A stretch of 64,000 nucleotides of DNA from Pelagomonas calceolata (taxonomy: Eukaryota): contig CAKKNE010000001.1 in the NCBI GenBank assembly GCA_918797485.1, forward strand, positions 6,200,001 through 6,264,000, given 5' to 3'. This document shows positions 1-10,520 of the stretch, in pieces. The notes under the pieces were generated by a model, which saw nothing but the letters and a program-made list of their open reading frames with translations, was not told the DNA's origin and ran no database searches. A program made the position numbers and the translations under genes. How positions within the stretch are numbered: position 1 is the stretch's first letter; every line of letters starts with the position of its first letter.

Positions 1-17
1 ACACTGCTACTGCACGC

Positions 18-755
18 ATGGACCTCTTCGGCTCAGACGACGACTCCGACGGCGAAGAAGTGCAGCGCCCCGGAGCGTGCGGTGTGCTGCAGTTTCACTC
101 CGGTACAGAGGATGAAATGCTGCGCGTCGTCGCGGCGGAAGCACAACGCGGCGACGCGAGCGACACGCTCGCAGTCATCGATCGCTTCTGCCGCATACGC
201 CACTGGATGATGCACGTCGGCGACGTGAAGGGGGCGATCCTTCGTGGCGCAGCAGCACGAGCGGCGCCGGGGCTCTGGGTCGAGCTCGGCGCCTACTGTG
301 GGTATTCGGCCGTACTGCTTGCGTCGCAGATGCAGAGCGGAACGCTAGTCTCGCTGGACACGGAAGCTCATTGCGTCAAATGGAGCCGACAACTCGTCGA
401 GCACGCGGGGCTCTCGGAAAGAGTCAAAGTGATGCAGTCGTCGCCGGACGAGACCGCGGCCGAAGCTCTCGCGCGAGAAATCCCGAGCCCGCGCATCCAG
501 CTCCTCTTCATCGACCACGCCAAGGACCGGTATCTCGCCGACCTCGTGGCGCTCGAGCCCTACTGCGCTGAAGGATGCGTCGTCGTCGCGGACAACGTGC
601 TCTGCTTCGACGGCGGCGCGAGCCTGAAACCTTATCTGGAGCACGTGAGAGACACGTCCCGCTACGCGTCGTCGACGCTGCACGAGGCGCCCGTGGAGTA
701 CTCGGACGGCGAGCCCGACGGCGTCGAGGTGTCGGTCTTTCGGGGCGTAACCTGA
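18..755 (+). CDS. Catechol O-methyltransferase-like SAM-dependent methyltransferase
   Basis: COMT-type motifs MMHVGDVKG, VELGAYCGYSA, LFIDHAKDRYL and VVADNV. Confidence 0.85.
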   Translation: MDLFGSDDDSDGEEVQRPGACGVLQFHSGTEDEMLRVVAAEAQRGDASDTLAVIDRFCRIRHWMMHVGDVKGAILRGAAARAAPGLWVELGAYCGYSAVLLASQMQSGTLVSLDTEAHCVKWSRQLVEHAGLSERVKVMQSSPDETAAEALAREIPSPRIQLLFIDHAKDRYLADLVALEPYCAEGCVVVADNVLCFDGGASLKPYLEHVRDTSRYASSTLHEAPVEYSDGEPDGVEVSVFRGVT

Positions 756-855
756 GAGCTTGTGTGTTCTAGCGTCGCCCACAGGAGGAGTGTTGGCCTT
801 CCACGGCGCAACATGAGCAATGAAATCGCCACCTAGTACCCTTACGCGAGAGAAG

Positions 856-2223
856 CTAGGCCGCGCGCTCCGGCGGCGACACCGCGGTCCGCGCCGCGGC
901 GAGCGGCGCCGCGCAGAAGACGCGCAGCGCGCCCGGGAAAATCTCGGCCTGGATCGCGCCCGACGGCACGGCTTCGCCGTCGAGGCCAGTCCGCGAGTCG
1001 TCGTCCGCCGCGGGCACGAGCCGCAGCGCGCGGCAGCGGTGGCTCTGGAAGCTCCGCTTGTGGATGTGCTTGCCGCCGTCCAATTTCAGGAAGCCGTCGA
1101 TCAGGTCGACGCGCGCCAGGAAGCCCGGCCGCAGCCGCGTGAAGACGAGGTGTATCGCACCATCGTCCAAACCCGCGGCCGGCGCCATGGGCGTCGTCTC
1201 GTCGACGTGGCTCACGTTGCACGCCATCATCAGCTGGTAGGTCGCGTCGCGGCGCTCCGTGCGCCAGGGCGGCGGCAGCGGCGCGCCGAGGGGCGGCAGG
1301 CGCGACGGCGCGAAGAGGCCGCCCTTGCGGGCCGGCTGCGTGCAGGGCAGCCACGATAACGTGGCGCGGTGGCGCTTCAGGCGCAAAATGTACCAGATGG
1401 CCGCGAGCGTCGTCCTCAAAGCCCCGAGCCAGCGGAAGCCCTCGCTCCCGAGGTCGACGTCGGCGACGAGGCCCCACTCCATCGCGAGAAAGGAAATGAA
1501 CGGTGGCCGCCTCTCGCCGAACTCGTACCTTACCAAGCCCATGGAACAGGAAAAGCCGCGCGCCACGTTGTAGGCGACGTCTACCGCACTTCCAATCACG
1601 TCGCCGCCGGCGCTCGCGACGGACGCGTGGCAGGCGTTGCCCGTGCCGCCGGGGCAGTGCGCCACTCTTATACTTCGAAGGCGCTGCTCCGGGTCCGCGA
1701 GCGTCGACGCGCCGTCGGCGAGGCCGCGGACGACCTCGGAAAGCGTGCCGTCGCCGCCCACCACGACCACCCCATCGTAGGTCACCTGCGGCGCCGCCGC
1801 GACCACACGGCACCGCTCCATGGCGTCGCCCTGAGCTTTCGTGACCACCACGTCGGCCTCGATGTTGGCCGCGTAGAAGACGGGCGCGACGTCCCGCTCG
1901 AAAACTTTTTGGGCCCGGCCCGTGCCGCCCGCCGGATTGACCACAACAAGCACCTTGTGGGGCGCGTCGGGGCTCAGCCGTTTTGAAAGTTGCGTCAGGT
2001 GCTTGGCCGTCGCGGCGCCGTCGCGGACGCGCAGCGTCCGCGTCCGCAGCACGCGCGCGCGCGTCGCGCACCAGCCGCTCTGGCGCGCGCACGTCGTGAC
2101 CTCAACACCACAATTGTCCGGCGTCGGCTGCGCCCTCAATATGTCGGCGACGTCGAGGCTCTCGCCGTCGACGGTCACCTCGTCGTCGCTGCCGATCTCG
2201 AGGAGCGCATCCTGGAGAGCCAT
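856..2223 (-). CDS. Sphingosine/long-chain-base kinase (DAGK catalytic family)
   Basis: VVVNPAGGTG, VVGGDGTLSEV, PGGTGNA, WGLVADVDLGSEGFRWLG and LDGE motifs; ATG at 2223 (MALQDALL). Confidence 0.85.
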   Translation of the reverse strand: MALQDALLEIGSDDEVTVDGESLDVADILRAQPTPDNCGVEVTTCARQSGWCATRARVLRTRTLRVRDGAATAKHLTQLSKRLSPDAPHKVLVVVNPAGGTGRAQKVFERDVAPVFYAANIEADVVVTKAQGDAMERCRVVAAAPQVTYDGVVVVGGDGTLSEVVRGLADGASTLADPEQRLRSIRVAHCPGGTGNACHASVASAGGDVIGSAVDVAYNVARGFSCSMGLVRYEFGERRPPFISFLAMEWGLVADVDLGSEGFRWLGALRTTLAAIWYILRLKRHRATLSWLPCTQPARKGGLFAPSRLPPLGAPLPPPWRTERRDATYQLMMACNVSHVDETTPMAPAAGLDDGAIHLVFTRLRPGFLARVDLIDGFLKLDGGKHIHKRSFQSHRCRALRLVPAADDDSRTGLDGEAVPSGAIQAEIFPGALRVFCAAPLAAARTAVSPPERAA

Positions 2224-2312
2224 CGTCGCTGGTGTGCCGTGACGGGCGCGGCGCGCGCGCAATTGGTTCGCTATCTTGCCGCGCGCAGCGCCAGCAGCTG
2301 CACTCTATCTAG

Positions 2313-2348
2313 CTACTGCTGCAGGGCCGACTACTGCTGCAGGGCCGA
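2313..2348. repeat. Perfect 18-bp tandem duplication (ctactgctgcagggccga x2) in a divergent intergenic region
   Basis: Read directly: units at 2313-2330 and 2331-2348. Confidence 0.9.
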
Positions 2349-2772
2349 CGTGCGAGTCTCTGAGCTCGAAGATCAATCAAAGGCGGACGTTTTGAGCAAC
2401 GTCTGCGCGCTTGAGGGCGACAGATGGGCGCTCTGTGCAGCGATCAGCGGCAGCCTCCGCTCAAAAGTGAGCACCAGCGGCTCCACAAAGCGATCGCTGC
2501 AAGGCACACAGGTCGCTGGATGAGTCCTCCGAGCGGTGCGTCACGTCTCCTTCCTGAATTCGAGCAGCGGGCTCATAGAAACGGGTTTTTGCCCAATCGA
2601 TCGTCGATGGGCGCAAAATCGAGCTAGCGATCGGCATTGATCACCCAAGCAACAATTTCTTAGCGCATTTGATTGCTGTCGCCCAGCGCTGCAGCGTCAG
2701 GCATCGCTTGCCGCACCAGCTCAGCGTAAAAAGCACTGCTGCAATTTGCTCAATTCACACCGCTGATAAAAG

Positions 2773-4509
2773 ATGGCAGCCAACATGGTCATTGACCAGG
2801 GAGCAGCGCCAGACGATGTACAGTACGGCGACGGCCAGCCACAGCTCGACAAGTTTCGCTTGCGCTGGGAGCTCGCGCGGCTCCCGGCGCTCGCGCCGCC
2901 GGCGGGGGAGGTGAGCTTCGACGACAAGCGCGCGCCGACGGAGCAGGGCCATTCATTAACGACGGGCACGTTCTGCTTCCTGCGGGGCCGCAGTGATGTC
3001 TCAAGGCTGAAGGCGCGTTTAGAAAGGGACGACGACTTCGTGTGGTCTGATGAGTACGCGACCGAGCACAACGTGACGCTGGCGCGGCCGTCGCACGACG
3101 GCTGGGGCATCCGGAAGCTGGCCTTTGTTTTTTGTGATGACTTCTTGCATAGGGTGTACCGGCTGCCGCTCTGGGAGGACCCGTCGTGGCGCGCACTCAT
3201 CGATCCTATATTGGAGTCCTGCGGCGTCCCTCGGGAGAGGATCATCCGTTGTTTATTAGCGTCGATGCCGCCGCGGACCGTCATCCCGCCGCACCACGAC
3301 AGCGGCTACTGGGTCCCGCGGTCGCGTCGATTACACTGCGCGATCAAAACCAATCCTGATGTCGTCTTCCTGGCTGGAAGAACGCTCGACGAGATGCACC
3401 GCATCGAGTTCAAGGAGGGCTGCGTCGTCGAGCTGAACAACCAGGCGAAGCACTACGTCGCGAACCTGAGCGACGAGTACCGAACTCATTTGATTTTTGA
3501 CTACGTTGATGACCGCGCGGAGCCCTACCTGCTACCGCCCGAGATGCCCGTGGTGCAGTTACGTACAGGCGACGAACTGCTGCAGACGCGGCGGAGCGTG
3601 GCGCTCGCGTCGGAGCGCGGGTCGGGCCCGCGCGCGCCGCACATCCTGATTATCGGGGCCCAGAAGGCGGGGACCACCTCCATGTTCGAGTACCTGAGCC
3701 AGCACCCTCTGATAAAACGGGGCGTGCGGCGCGAGACGCATTTTCTGGATTGGCGCTGGCCGGGCGACGACGACGCCGATTCTCTGTCAAGAAAGTGGCA
3801 CGAGACCTTTTTTGATGCGGAGGCGCACGCGCTGCATCCCGACTTGCGGGCCCTCGACTCGACGCCTTCGTATCTATTGCAGTCGAACCTCGCGATCCCA
3901 CGGTTGCAAAGGATGCGCAAGGACCTGCCCTTGATCGTCATGGTCCGCGACCCTGCCTTAAGAGCGGTGAGCCACCACGCCATGATCGCGGACAAGGCCG
4001 CGACGCCGCAACAGCGGAGAAGCAGGGGCACGGCCTGGCTCGGGAAATCGGTCCGCGAGGTCGCCGAGGCCGAGCTCGTCGAATTACTACGGGCCGGCGT
4101 CGTGCGGTGTGTTAAAGGAGAGGGCCTCGGCGGCGACTACGAGGTCGACGACGCGGCGTTCCGCGACTACATCACTCGTTTGCCGCTCGGCCACGGCGCG
4201 CACTCGCTCTTGTTGAGGGGGTTCTACGCGGCGCAGCTGCGGCCGTGGCGCGAGGCCTTTGGGGCCGAGCGCATCCTGGTGCTGCGGTGCGAGGACATGG
4301 TGACGTCCGAGGGCGCGGCGGCGGCCGTGGCACTGGCGCAGCGCCACGCGGGCCTGCGGGAGCATCCCCTCGACGACGCGAGGCCGCGGAACGCGCGGAG
4401 CTACGCGGGGCCGCCCGACGATCTTGTAGAGGACCTGCGGCGGTTCTTTTCAAGAGCGAACGCGGACTTGTACGAGATGCTCGGGTGGGGGGATGGGGAG
4501 CGGTGGTGA
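2773..4509 (+). CDS. AspH-like 2OG-Fe(II) hydroxylase fused to a PAPS-dependent sulfotransferase
   Basis: N-half IPPHHD...RLH...ELNNQAKHYVAN...RTHLIFD (HxD..H triad plus Arg). C-half IIGAQKAGTTS (5'-PSB), RETHFLD, STPSY, RDPALRAVS (3'-PB). Confidence 0.8.
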   Translation: MAANMVIDQGAAPDDVQYGDGQPQLDKFRLRWELARLPALAPPAGEVSFDDKRAPTEQGHSLTTGTFCFLRGRSDVSRLKARLERDDDFVWSDEYATEHNVTLARPSHDGWGIRKLAFVFCDDFLHRVYRLPLWEDPSWRALIDPILESCGVPRERIIRCLLASMPPRTVIPPHHDSGYWVPRSRRLHCAIKTNPDVVFLAGRTLDEMHRIEFKEGCVVELNNQAKHYVANLSDEYRTHLIFDYVDDRAEPYLLPPEMPVVQLRTGDELLQTRRSVALASERGSGPRAPHILIIGAQKAGTTSMFEYLSQHPLIKRGVRRETHFLDWRWPGDDDADSLSRKWHETFFDAEAHALHPDLRALDSTPSYLLQSNLAIPRLQRMRKDLPLIVMVRDPALRAVSHHAMIADKAATPQQRRSRGTAWLGKSVREVAEAELVELLRAGVVRCVKGEGLGGDYEVDDAAFRDYITRLPLGHGAHSLLLRGFYAAQLRPWREAFGAERILVLRCEDMVTSEGAAAAVALAQRHAGLREHPLDDARPRNARSYAGPPDDLVEDLRRFFSRANADLYEMLGWGDGERW

Positions 4510-4935
4510 GTTCGGACCTGCGGAGGTTTCGCGCGGGCGCGGGTGAAAGCGGTGGTAATTATATTATTGTGAGACTGGTAGTTCCGGAGCGATCCCGTCG
4601 TTCTGCGTCGTCGGCCTTCGTCTCGGCGCCTCTCCAAAAGTAAAAGTCAAGCCTTGCTCTCTTGGCCGACGCAGACGCCGAACAACTCGTGTACGCAAGC
4701 AGCGCTGCCAATAATTCTTCCGCAACGTCTCCAACTCGCCGCGCTTGCGGAACCGCAATACCGAAACAAATAACCCTTCTCGCGGCGCGTTTGCGGCACC
4801 GGGGGCCTGCAACACGTTGCTCCAGCAGAGTTTTCACGCGTGTCGCGTCATCAGAGATCGTCCGCCTGTCTCCACGCGTTACTGCGGCTGCCACAGCAAC
4901 GCAATCACCGCTCATTATCAACGCAGGTCAACTTC

Positions 4936-6051
4936 ATGTTGCCCACGCGCCGCCTCCTGTACACAACTCTCGCGCTCTCCGGAGGCACTCGCGCACTGAA
5001 ACCGCCGACGACGCGCGTAAGGACCATGAGCGCACTCGCGACAACCAACACCGTCGCCAACAAGGATGGTGCCTACGTGCGCCACGCGGCCAAGCACCGC
5101 ACCGACGCCGTCGAGGCTGAGGCAGGCCGCTACCACCTGCACGTCGCGCTCGCGTGCCCGTGGGCCGCCGGCGCTCTCTCCATGCTCTACCTCAAGGGCC
5201 TCGAGGACGCCATCTCGCTCTCGGTCGTGCACCCCACCTGGCAACGCACGCGCCCGGACGACCCGGAGGACCAGCACTGCGGCTGGGTCTACCGCGCGCC
5301 GGGCGACGCCCCGCTCTCGAACCCGCTCGGCCACGGCTCCTATGATTGTGACGACGCGTTGATTCCGGACCCGACCGGCGCGGCCTCCATCCGCGACGTC
5401 TACGCGAAAGCCGGCGACGCGAGCGGCCCGTTCACGACGCCGGCCCTCTTCGACAAGAAGACCGGGAAGCTCGTGTCGAACGAGTCGATGGACATCCTCA
5501 AGCTGCTGAACTCGGCCTTTGATAAAGTCGCGAAGCATCCCGAGCGGACCTTCTACCCCGGCGACTTAGCGGGTGACCTCCAGACGCTCAACGATGAGTT
5601 AGTTTATCCGAACGTAAACAATGGCGTCTACCGCTGCGGCTTCGCCAAGTCCCAAAAAGCCTACGACGCGGCCGTCGCGGGCTTATTCGAGGCGCTCGAA
5701 GATTTAGACAAGCGCCTCGCGTCCCAACGCTTCCTGGGCGGGGACAAGTTCTCGTGGCTGGACCTGCGGTTGTATCATACGCTCGTGCGCTTCGACCCGG
5801 TCTACGTCGTCTATTTCAAGACGAACGTCAAGCGCATTGCCGACTACCCGAACCTCGTAAACTTCGTGCGGGACGTCTACCAGTCCGTCGAACCGGTGCG
5901 CCGCGCGACGAATATCAAGCACATCAAGATGCACTACTACACATCGCACCCGGCGCTCAACACCTACGGCATCATCCCGGCCTCGATGGGGCCCGACCTC
6001 GAGGCGGAGCATGGCCGCGGCGCGGCCGACGGGGTTTACTTCACGCACTAG
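4936..6051 (+). CDS. Glutathionyl-hydroquinone reductase (YqjG/ECM4, GST Xi class) with an N-terminal leader
   Basis: GRYHLHVALACPWA, VSNESMDI, NNGVYRCGFA, TLVRFDPVY, HIKMHYYTSH. Confidence 0.9.
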   Translation: MLPTRRLLYTTLALSGGTRALKPPTTRVRTMSALATTNTVANKDGAYVRHAAKHRTDAVEAEAGRYHLHVALACPWAAGALSMLYLKGLEDAISLSVVHPTWQRTRPDDPEDQHCGWVYRAPGDAPLSNPLGHGSYDCDDALIPDPTGAASIRDVYAKAGDASGPFTTPALFDKKTGKLVSNESMDILKLLNSAFDKVAKHPERTFYPGDLAGDLQTLNDELVYPNVNNGVYRCGFAKSQKAYDAAVAGLFEALEDLDKRLASQRFLGGDKFSWLDLRLYHTLVRFDPVYVVYFKTNVKRIADYPNLVNFVRDVYQSVEPVRRATNIKHIKMHYYTSHPALNTYGIIPASMGPDLEAEHGRGAADGVYFTH

Positions 6052-6365
6052 CTTGCTAACTGTGTTTGTGATCTTATCTGATCTGGCGAGCGTCGAGACC
6101 TACGCCGCGTAGCAAGCGGAAAGGTCCCAACACCTAGCGGCAGTAAGACACTAGAAAGCACTCCCGGCAGACGTCCGCGGACGCCCGCTGTTTTCACGCG
6201 CGCCCACCTTTGCGCACACGGTTACGCTAGGAAAAGGCAGCTGACAGTCTTGTTATCGACGCGGCAGCTCAAAACCGCGCATCAGCCCAGCCGCACGAGT
6301 TTTTGGCCCGCCGCGCCCAAGGCCGCCTCCGCCGCCTCCGCCGCGCCCAAGGCCGCCCCTCCGCC

Positions 6366-6938
6366 ATGGCTACCACTTACAAGCCGCGCGGCGCAGCGTC
6401 CGCGAAAACGCCGCCGCCGCGCGATGCCCACAAAAAAACACGCAGGTACCTCAACACCGTCCGCTCGACGCTCGACGCCGCCCTCTGCCTGAGGAACTTC
6501 CCATCGCAACTCGTAGAAAGGCACAACAAGCCCGAGGTCGAGGTACGCGGCAGCAAGGAGCTACTCCTCAACCCGATCACGATCGCGCGCACGGACCAGG
6601 AGCGGTGCCTCATCGAGGGCTCGGTAAACTCGGTAAGGGTCTCGTTCGCGATCAAGCAGGCCGACGAGATCGAGAAGATCCTCTGCCACAAGTTCACGCG
6701 CTTCCTGGCGCAGCGGTCCGAGCAGTTCGTGATCATGCGGCGGAAGCCGTGCCCGGGCTACTCGATCTCGTTCCTCATCACGCATTCTCACCTGGAGCGG
6801 ATGTGGAAGGAGAAGCTCGTCGACTTCGTGATCACCTTCATGGAGGAGATCAACAAGGAGATCTCGGCGATGCGCATCGCGCTGAACGCGCGGGCGCGCG
6901 TCGTCGCGGAGACGTTCCTCCAGGACTTCGCGGCCTAG
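6366..6938 (+). CDS. ARPC4: Arp2/3 complex subunit 4; one predicted GC-AG intron at 6386-6445
   Basis: The spliced product [39 protein letters not shown]...[12 protein letters not shown] (170 aa) matches ARPC4. Confidence 0.93.
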   Translation: MATTYKPRGAASAKTPPPRDAHKKTRRYLNTVRSTLDAALCLRNFPSQLVERHNKPEVEVRGSKELLLNPITIARTDQERCLIEGSVNSVRVSFAIKQADEIEKILCHKFTRFLAQRSEQFVIMRRKPCPGYSISFLITHSHLERMWKEKLVDFVITFMEEINKEISAMRIALNARARVVAETFLQDFAA

Positions 6939-6978
6939 GAGTGAGGGGCGGTTGCCTAAGTATGTGTGAAAATACATG

Positions 6979-6984
6979 TTACGT

Positions 6985-7015
<31 letters not shown>

Positions 7016-8508
7016 GGTTGGTTTTGTTGCTGCTCGGCGACGTCGTGGAGAACGACGTCGATCTGATCCCCGTCCAAGGTGAGGATCTCCGCGTCTAGAT
7101 CGGCCCGGTTGTTCGGCCGGTCGCGCATGAGCCGCTGGATATTTTCAGTCTCGCACTCCGCGGGGCGATCGAGCCGCTGCTGGATTCGTAGGGCCTCGGC
7201 CAAAAACTGGCGACTAGTCGCCTCGCTCCCGCCGAAGATGCTCGCGAGGAAGCCATGGACCTTGCCGAGATCTTTCAGCATCGTGGCTGCAAGCCGCGTC
7301 TCGCCCAAGCCTAGCTCTCGGATCTCCGCGAGCGCCTCGTGCGTCTTCGCGATGGACCGGCGCGCAAGACTTTGCACGGCTTCGAACGATTCGTGGTCGC
7401 GGAGATGCAGCGACCCCGCGGAGGCCTGACAGTACCACAATTCGGCCAGCCCGGCCGCCGCGCGGGCGCGCTGCTCGGCGTCGACGCCGTCAGCGCGTAC
7501 GGCCTCAAACGCGTCCGAGCCCTCCTGAAAGATTCTGCGCCAGTCCTCGTTCGAGTGGGACGCGCCCAAAGCCACGTGCTGCGCGCACAGTGCTGCGGCG
7601 CGGCCGTGAGCGAGGCGCGCTTCGGCGAGTTGATAGGGCAGCGGAGGGAGGCTGACTTCGGCCCAGCGCGCGTCGGCGGGTGCAGGGGCATCGCTCTCGT
7701 CTCCGTCAAACGCCACGAGCGCACGCACGGCGGCGCGGCCCTCGCGCAATGCCGTCGCAACACATTGCCCGTCGCCATCGGAAGCATAGACGTACGTAGA
7801 GGCGTAGAGCCGGTCCACGAGGAACGTCGATGTCTCGATGCGCAGCTGCGCGGCCCAGCGCGGCGCCAAGGCGTCCCGGCGGACACGCGGCGCCTCTCGC
7901 GGCGGCGGCGTCGGGCTGGGGTTGCGCCGCGTCCGGAGCCAGTCGACGACGCGGCGGAGGAGGCCTCCTCGGTCCGATGAAGCCGCGGCGTCATCGGCGG
8001 TCGACTCATCATCGGTAACGACGGAGTCGTCGTAGTCGTTGTCGGCGAGAGCCGCGCGCAGGAGCTCCGCCGCGACCTCCCACTTGCCGTCGCGACCGAG
8101 CCGTCGGGCCGCGGCGACGAGGCGCTGACGCGACACCAGTGGCGCGATCTCCACGAGCGCGCGCTCGACAAACACGAGGCCCGCTGTTAACATTTCGTAG
8201 GGAGGCCTTAGCCCTGTGAGTACGTAGCGGGCGATGTTACTGAGAGTAGGAAGGCTATCAGGTTGATCGGTCATGATATGTTCGGACAGGATTCTGGTCA
8301 TGGCAAACTGCGCCGCGTAGAGGGAGCGCCACGTTTCTTCGGCTGCGTAGAGCTCTATGTCGTCCCACGACCGCCGCAGCGCGCACCAGCACGCCGTCTC
8401 GGCGAGCGCTTGTGAGCCGCCGAGCGCGTGGCACGCGCTCCCGAGGTCGCGCGGCTCGAGGAAGCCCATCGCCTCGCCGGCGAGCTGTTCCGGTATTTCT
8501 GTGATCAT
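6979..8508 (-). CDS. Hypothetical protein with F-box-like N-terminus, helical/TPR-like C-half and poly-Asp tail
   Basis: MITEIPEQLAGEAMGFLEPRDL resembles an F-box; long ORF with coding-like composition. Confidence 0.55.
6985..7014. repeat. (GTC)n microsatellite encoding poly-Asp on the minus strand
   Basis: About 10 GTC units read directly. Confidence 0.9.
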
Positions 8509-8852
8509 TCTTTTTGACGCGGTCGGCCGGGACTCAATTCTGGCCTCTGAATCAGCCAGAGCTCTCCCGCTTATTTGACACTGCACACAGGCGCGTAGAC
8601 GTTCTCGTTTCGCAGACGTCGCCAGGGAGACTCGTGTCGACCTGTGCTTCTGCTTAGTTCAATCGACGCAGCGCTTAGCGGCGTGCTTTTGCCGATTTAT
8701 AGCGCAGCTAGCGTACTAACATACTAGACATGATGGGCAGCCTCGAGCCCTGCAGCGCCGCATCGATGCTCCGGGAGCTGCGGAGCTACACTCACGAGTA
8801 GTGGAAAGCATCGCCTCCCCCGTCCGGGGGCTGCCCGCCACGCATAGGAGCG

Positions 8853-10415
8853 ATGAATGGGCTGGCAGCCTGCCTACTGCTCTTGCACGCCACCGCCGCG
8901 CAGCAAGGCCTCCAAGTCCTGCACGATGCCCACTGCGTCGAGGCGAGAGCTAGCTTCCTGGGCGCCCACCTCCAGGAGACGAATGGCACGGCGCGAGTAG
9001 CTCTAGACCTGCAGCTGACGGCGCTCTCGACCTGCGACGAGCGCACAAAAGTCCTCGTCGACGCGTCGGCCGAGGACGCGCTGGCGGACGGCGACGATGG
9101 TTTGGAGGTCTGCGTCTTGTGGGTGTCCATGACGGGCGCCGAGCGGCGCACGAGCCGGTGCTACGGCGGAGGCCAGCCGGCGCGCGTCGAGTGGGACCTG
9201 ACGGCCGCGCTGAAGCAGCGCTACCGGCTCGTCGCGTGGCCGGCGCGCGGCGCGTGGCCCGGCGCGTTCGCCGGCGCGTCGCACACGTTGAGCTTCGACG
9301 CCGATTTAGGGGCGGCGGCGTTTCCACCTCCCCATCTGCTCTTCACGGGAACCGAGCACGGCGCGACGCTCGCCGGGCGGGAGCGGCGCGCCTGCGACGG
9401 GAGCCCGCTGCACCTCTACGCCGGCACGCAGCACCGCGACACGGACGAGAACTGGTATCATTTTACGTTTGGCATGCTGCTGCCGCTCGCCGCGCGCCTG
9501 AGCGAGCGCGACGACGCCTGCGCGGCCGTCGGACGACGACCGCCTCCGACGGTGCTCTACGTGCGGCGGTGCGGCTTCCGGCGCGCGCTCGTCGAGGCGG
9601 TCGGCACGGACGACTTTCGATTGGTGGATCTGTCCGGGAAGCCGCCACCTCAAAACATTTCGCTCGAAGTGCTGCCGCGCATGGACTACTGGAGCGACCA
9701 GGCCCACGCTTTGTTGGAACTCCTGGCGCGCGGCGAGCGGGGCCGCGCCTGGCTGCACGAGCGCTTTGCCGAGCCGACGGCGGGCGCCGCGTGCGTGTTC
9801 CAGACGCGGGCCGCGAGGCCGGGCCGGCGGCCGTTCGCCATCGCGAATTTCGAGGCGCTCGCCGAGGCCTACGGCTCAACCGGAAAGTGCGAGGTTACGC
9901 GCGTCGCGCCGGACCCGACGGGCCTGACGCTCGCCGAACAGATCCAGGCGCACGCCGATGCGAGCTTGCTCGTGGCGCCCCACGGTGTCGCCCTGTGCAG
10001 AAATCAAATTGTCGCGGCGCGTTTGCGTTTCCGCCACGGAATCATGACCTCCACGCCATCGACGCGACGCCGGCTCGATGGCGTGCCCCTGGGGGTCTCA
10101 CCACCCGATTCACTGGTTGATTTACGCACAGGCGCCGGTCTCGCGCACGCGGCCTGGCTCCCCGAGGGCGCCTGCGTCGTCGAGGTTTTGCCAAAGTCGA
10201 AGAGCGCCGACCGCCAGCTCCGCGGCGTCGCGGCCGCGTTCGGGCTCCGGACGGCGCGTATCTATCTGGACGACGACGGCGGCGGAGAAGTCGCGCTCGC
10301 GGCGCTCGTCGGCGCCGTTGAGGCCTGCGCGGCGCCGCCGAAGCCGGAATGGCAGCGGTCCGCCGACGCGCACCCGAACGACCTCGGGCGGCTCGTGGTG
10401 CCCGACGTAACTTGA
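8853..10415 (+). CDS. Glycosyltransferase family 61-like protein with signal peptide; introner intron at 9985-10131
   Basis: Signal peptide; NWYHF motif; removing the intron restores LVAPHGAGLAHAAWLPEGACVVEV (GT61 HGAGL motif). Confidence 0.75.
   Translation: MNGLAACLLLLHATAAQQGLQVLHDAHCVEARASFLGAHLQETNGTARVALDLQLTALSTCDERTKVLVDASAEDALADGDDGLEVCVLWVSMTGAERRTSRCYGGGQPARVEWDLTAALKQRYRLVAWPARGAWPGAFAGASHTLSFDADLGAAAFPPPHLLFTGTEHGATLAGRERRACDGSPLHLYAGTQHRDTDENWYHFTFGMLLPLAARLSERDDACAAVGRRPPPTVLYVRRCGFRRALVEAVGTDDFRLVDLSGKPPPQNISLEVLPRMDYWSDQAHALLELLARGERGRAWLHERFAEPTAGAACVFQTRAARPGRRPFAIANFEALAEAYGSTGKCEVTRVAPDPTGLTLAEQIQAHADASLLVAPHGVALCRNQIVAARLRFRHGIMTSTPSTRRRLDGVPLGVSPPDSLVDLRTGAGLAHAAWLPEGACVVEVLPKSKSADRQLRGVAAAFGLRTARIYLDDDGGGEVALAALVGAVEACAAPPKPEWQRSADAHPNDLGRLVVPDVT
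9985..10131 (+). mobile_element. Introner element, 147-nt GT-AG intron with a degenerate TSD
   Basis: TIRs ctgtgcagaaatca (9993) / tgatttacgcacag (to 10131); internal 11-bp-stem hairpin at 10052-10085; flanking 8-mers gtgtcgcc / gcgccggt. Confidence 0.85.
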
Positions 10416-10520
10416 TAGTCTGCTTTGCTTAGAGCAGCCGCGACCCGCCGCGGGCGCTGCGTAGCCCGCCCCGCCCCCGCCCTCGTACGCCGCCGCCCCG
10501 AGTATTAGCTAGTCTACTAC

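Noticed and set aside
2313..2348. 18-bp direct repeat as a CRISPR or mobile-element end
   Set aside because: Only two adjacent copies, no spacers and no cas genes; a simple tandem duplication
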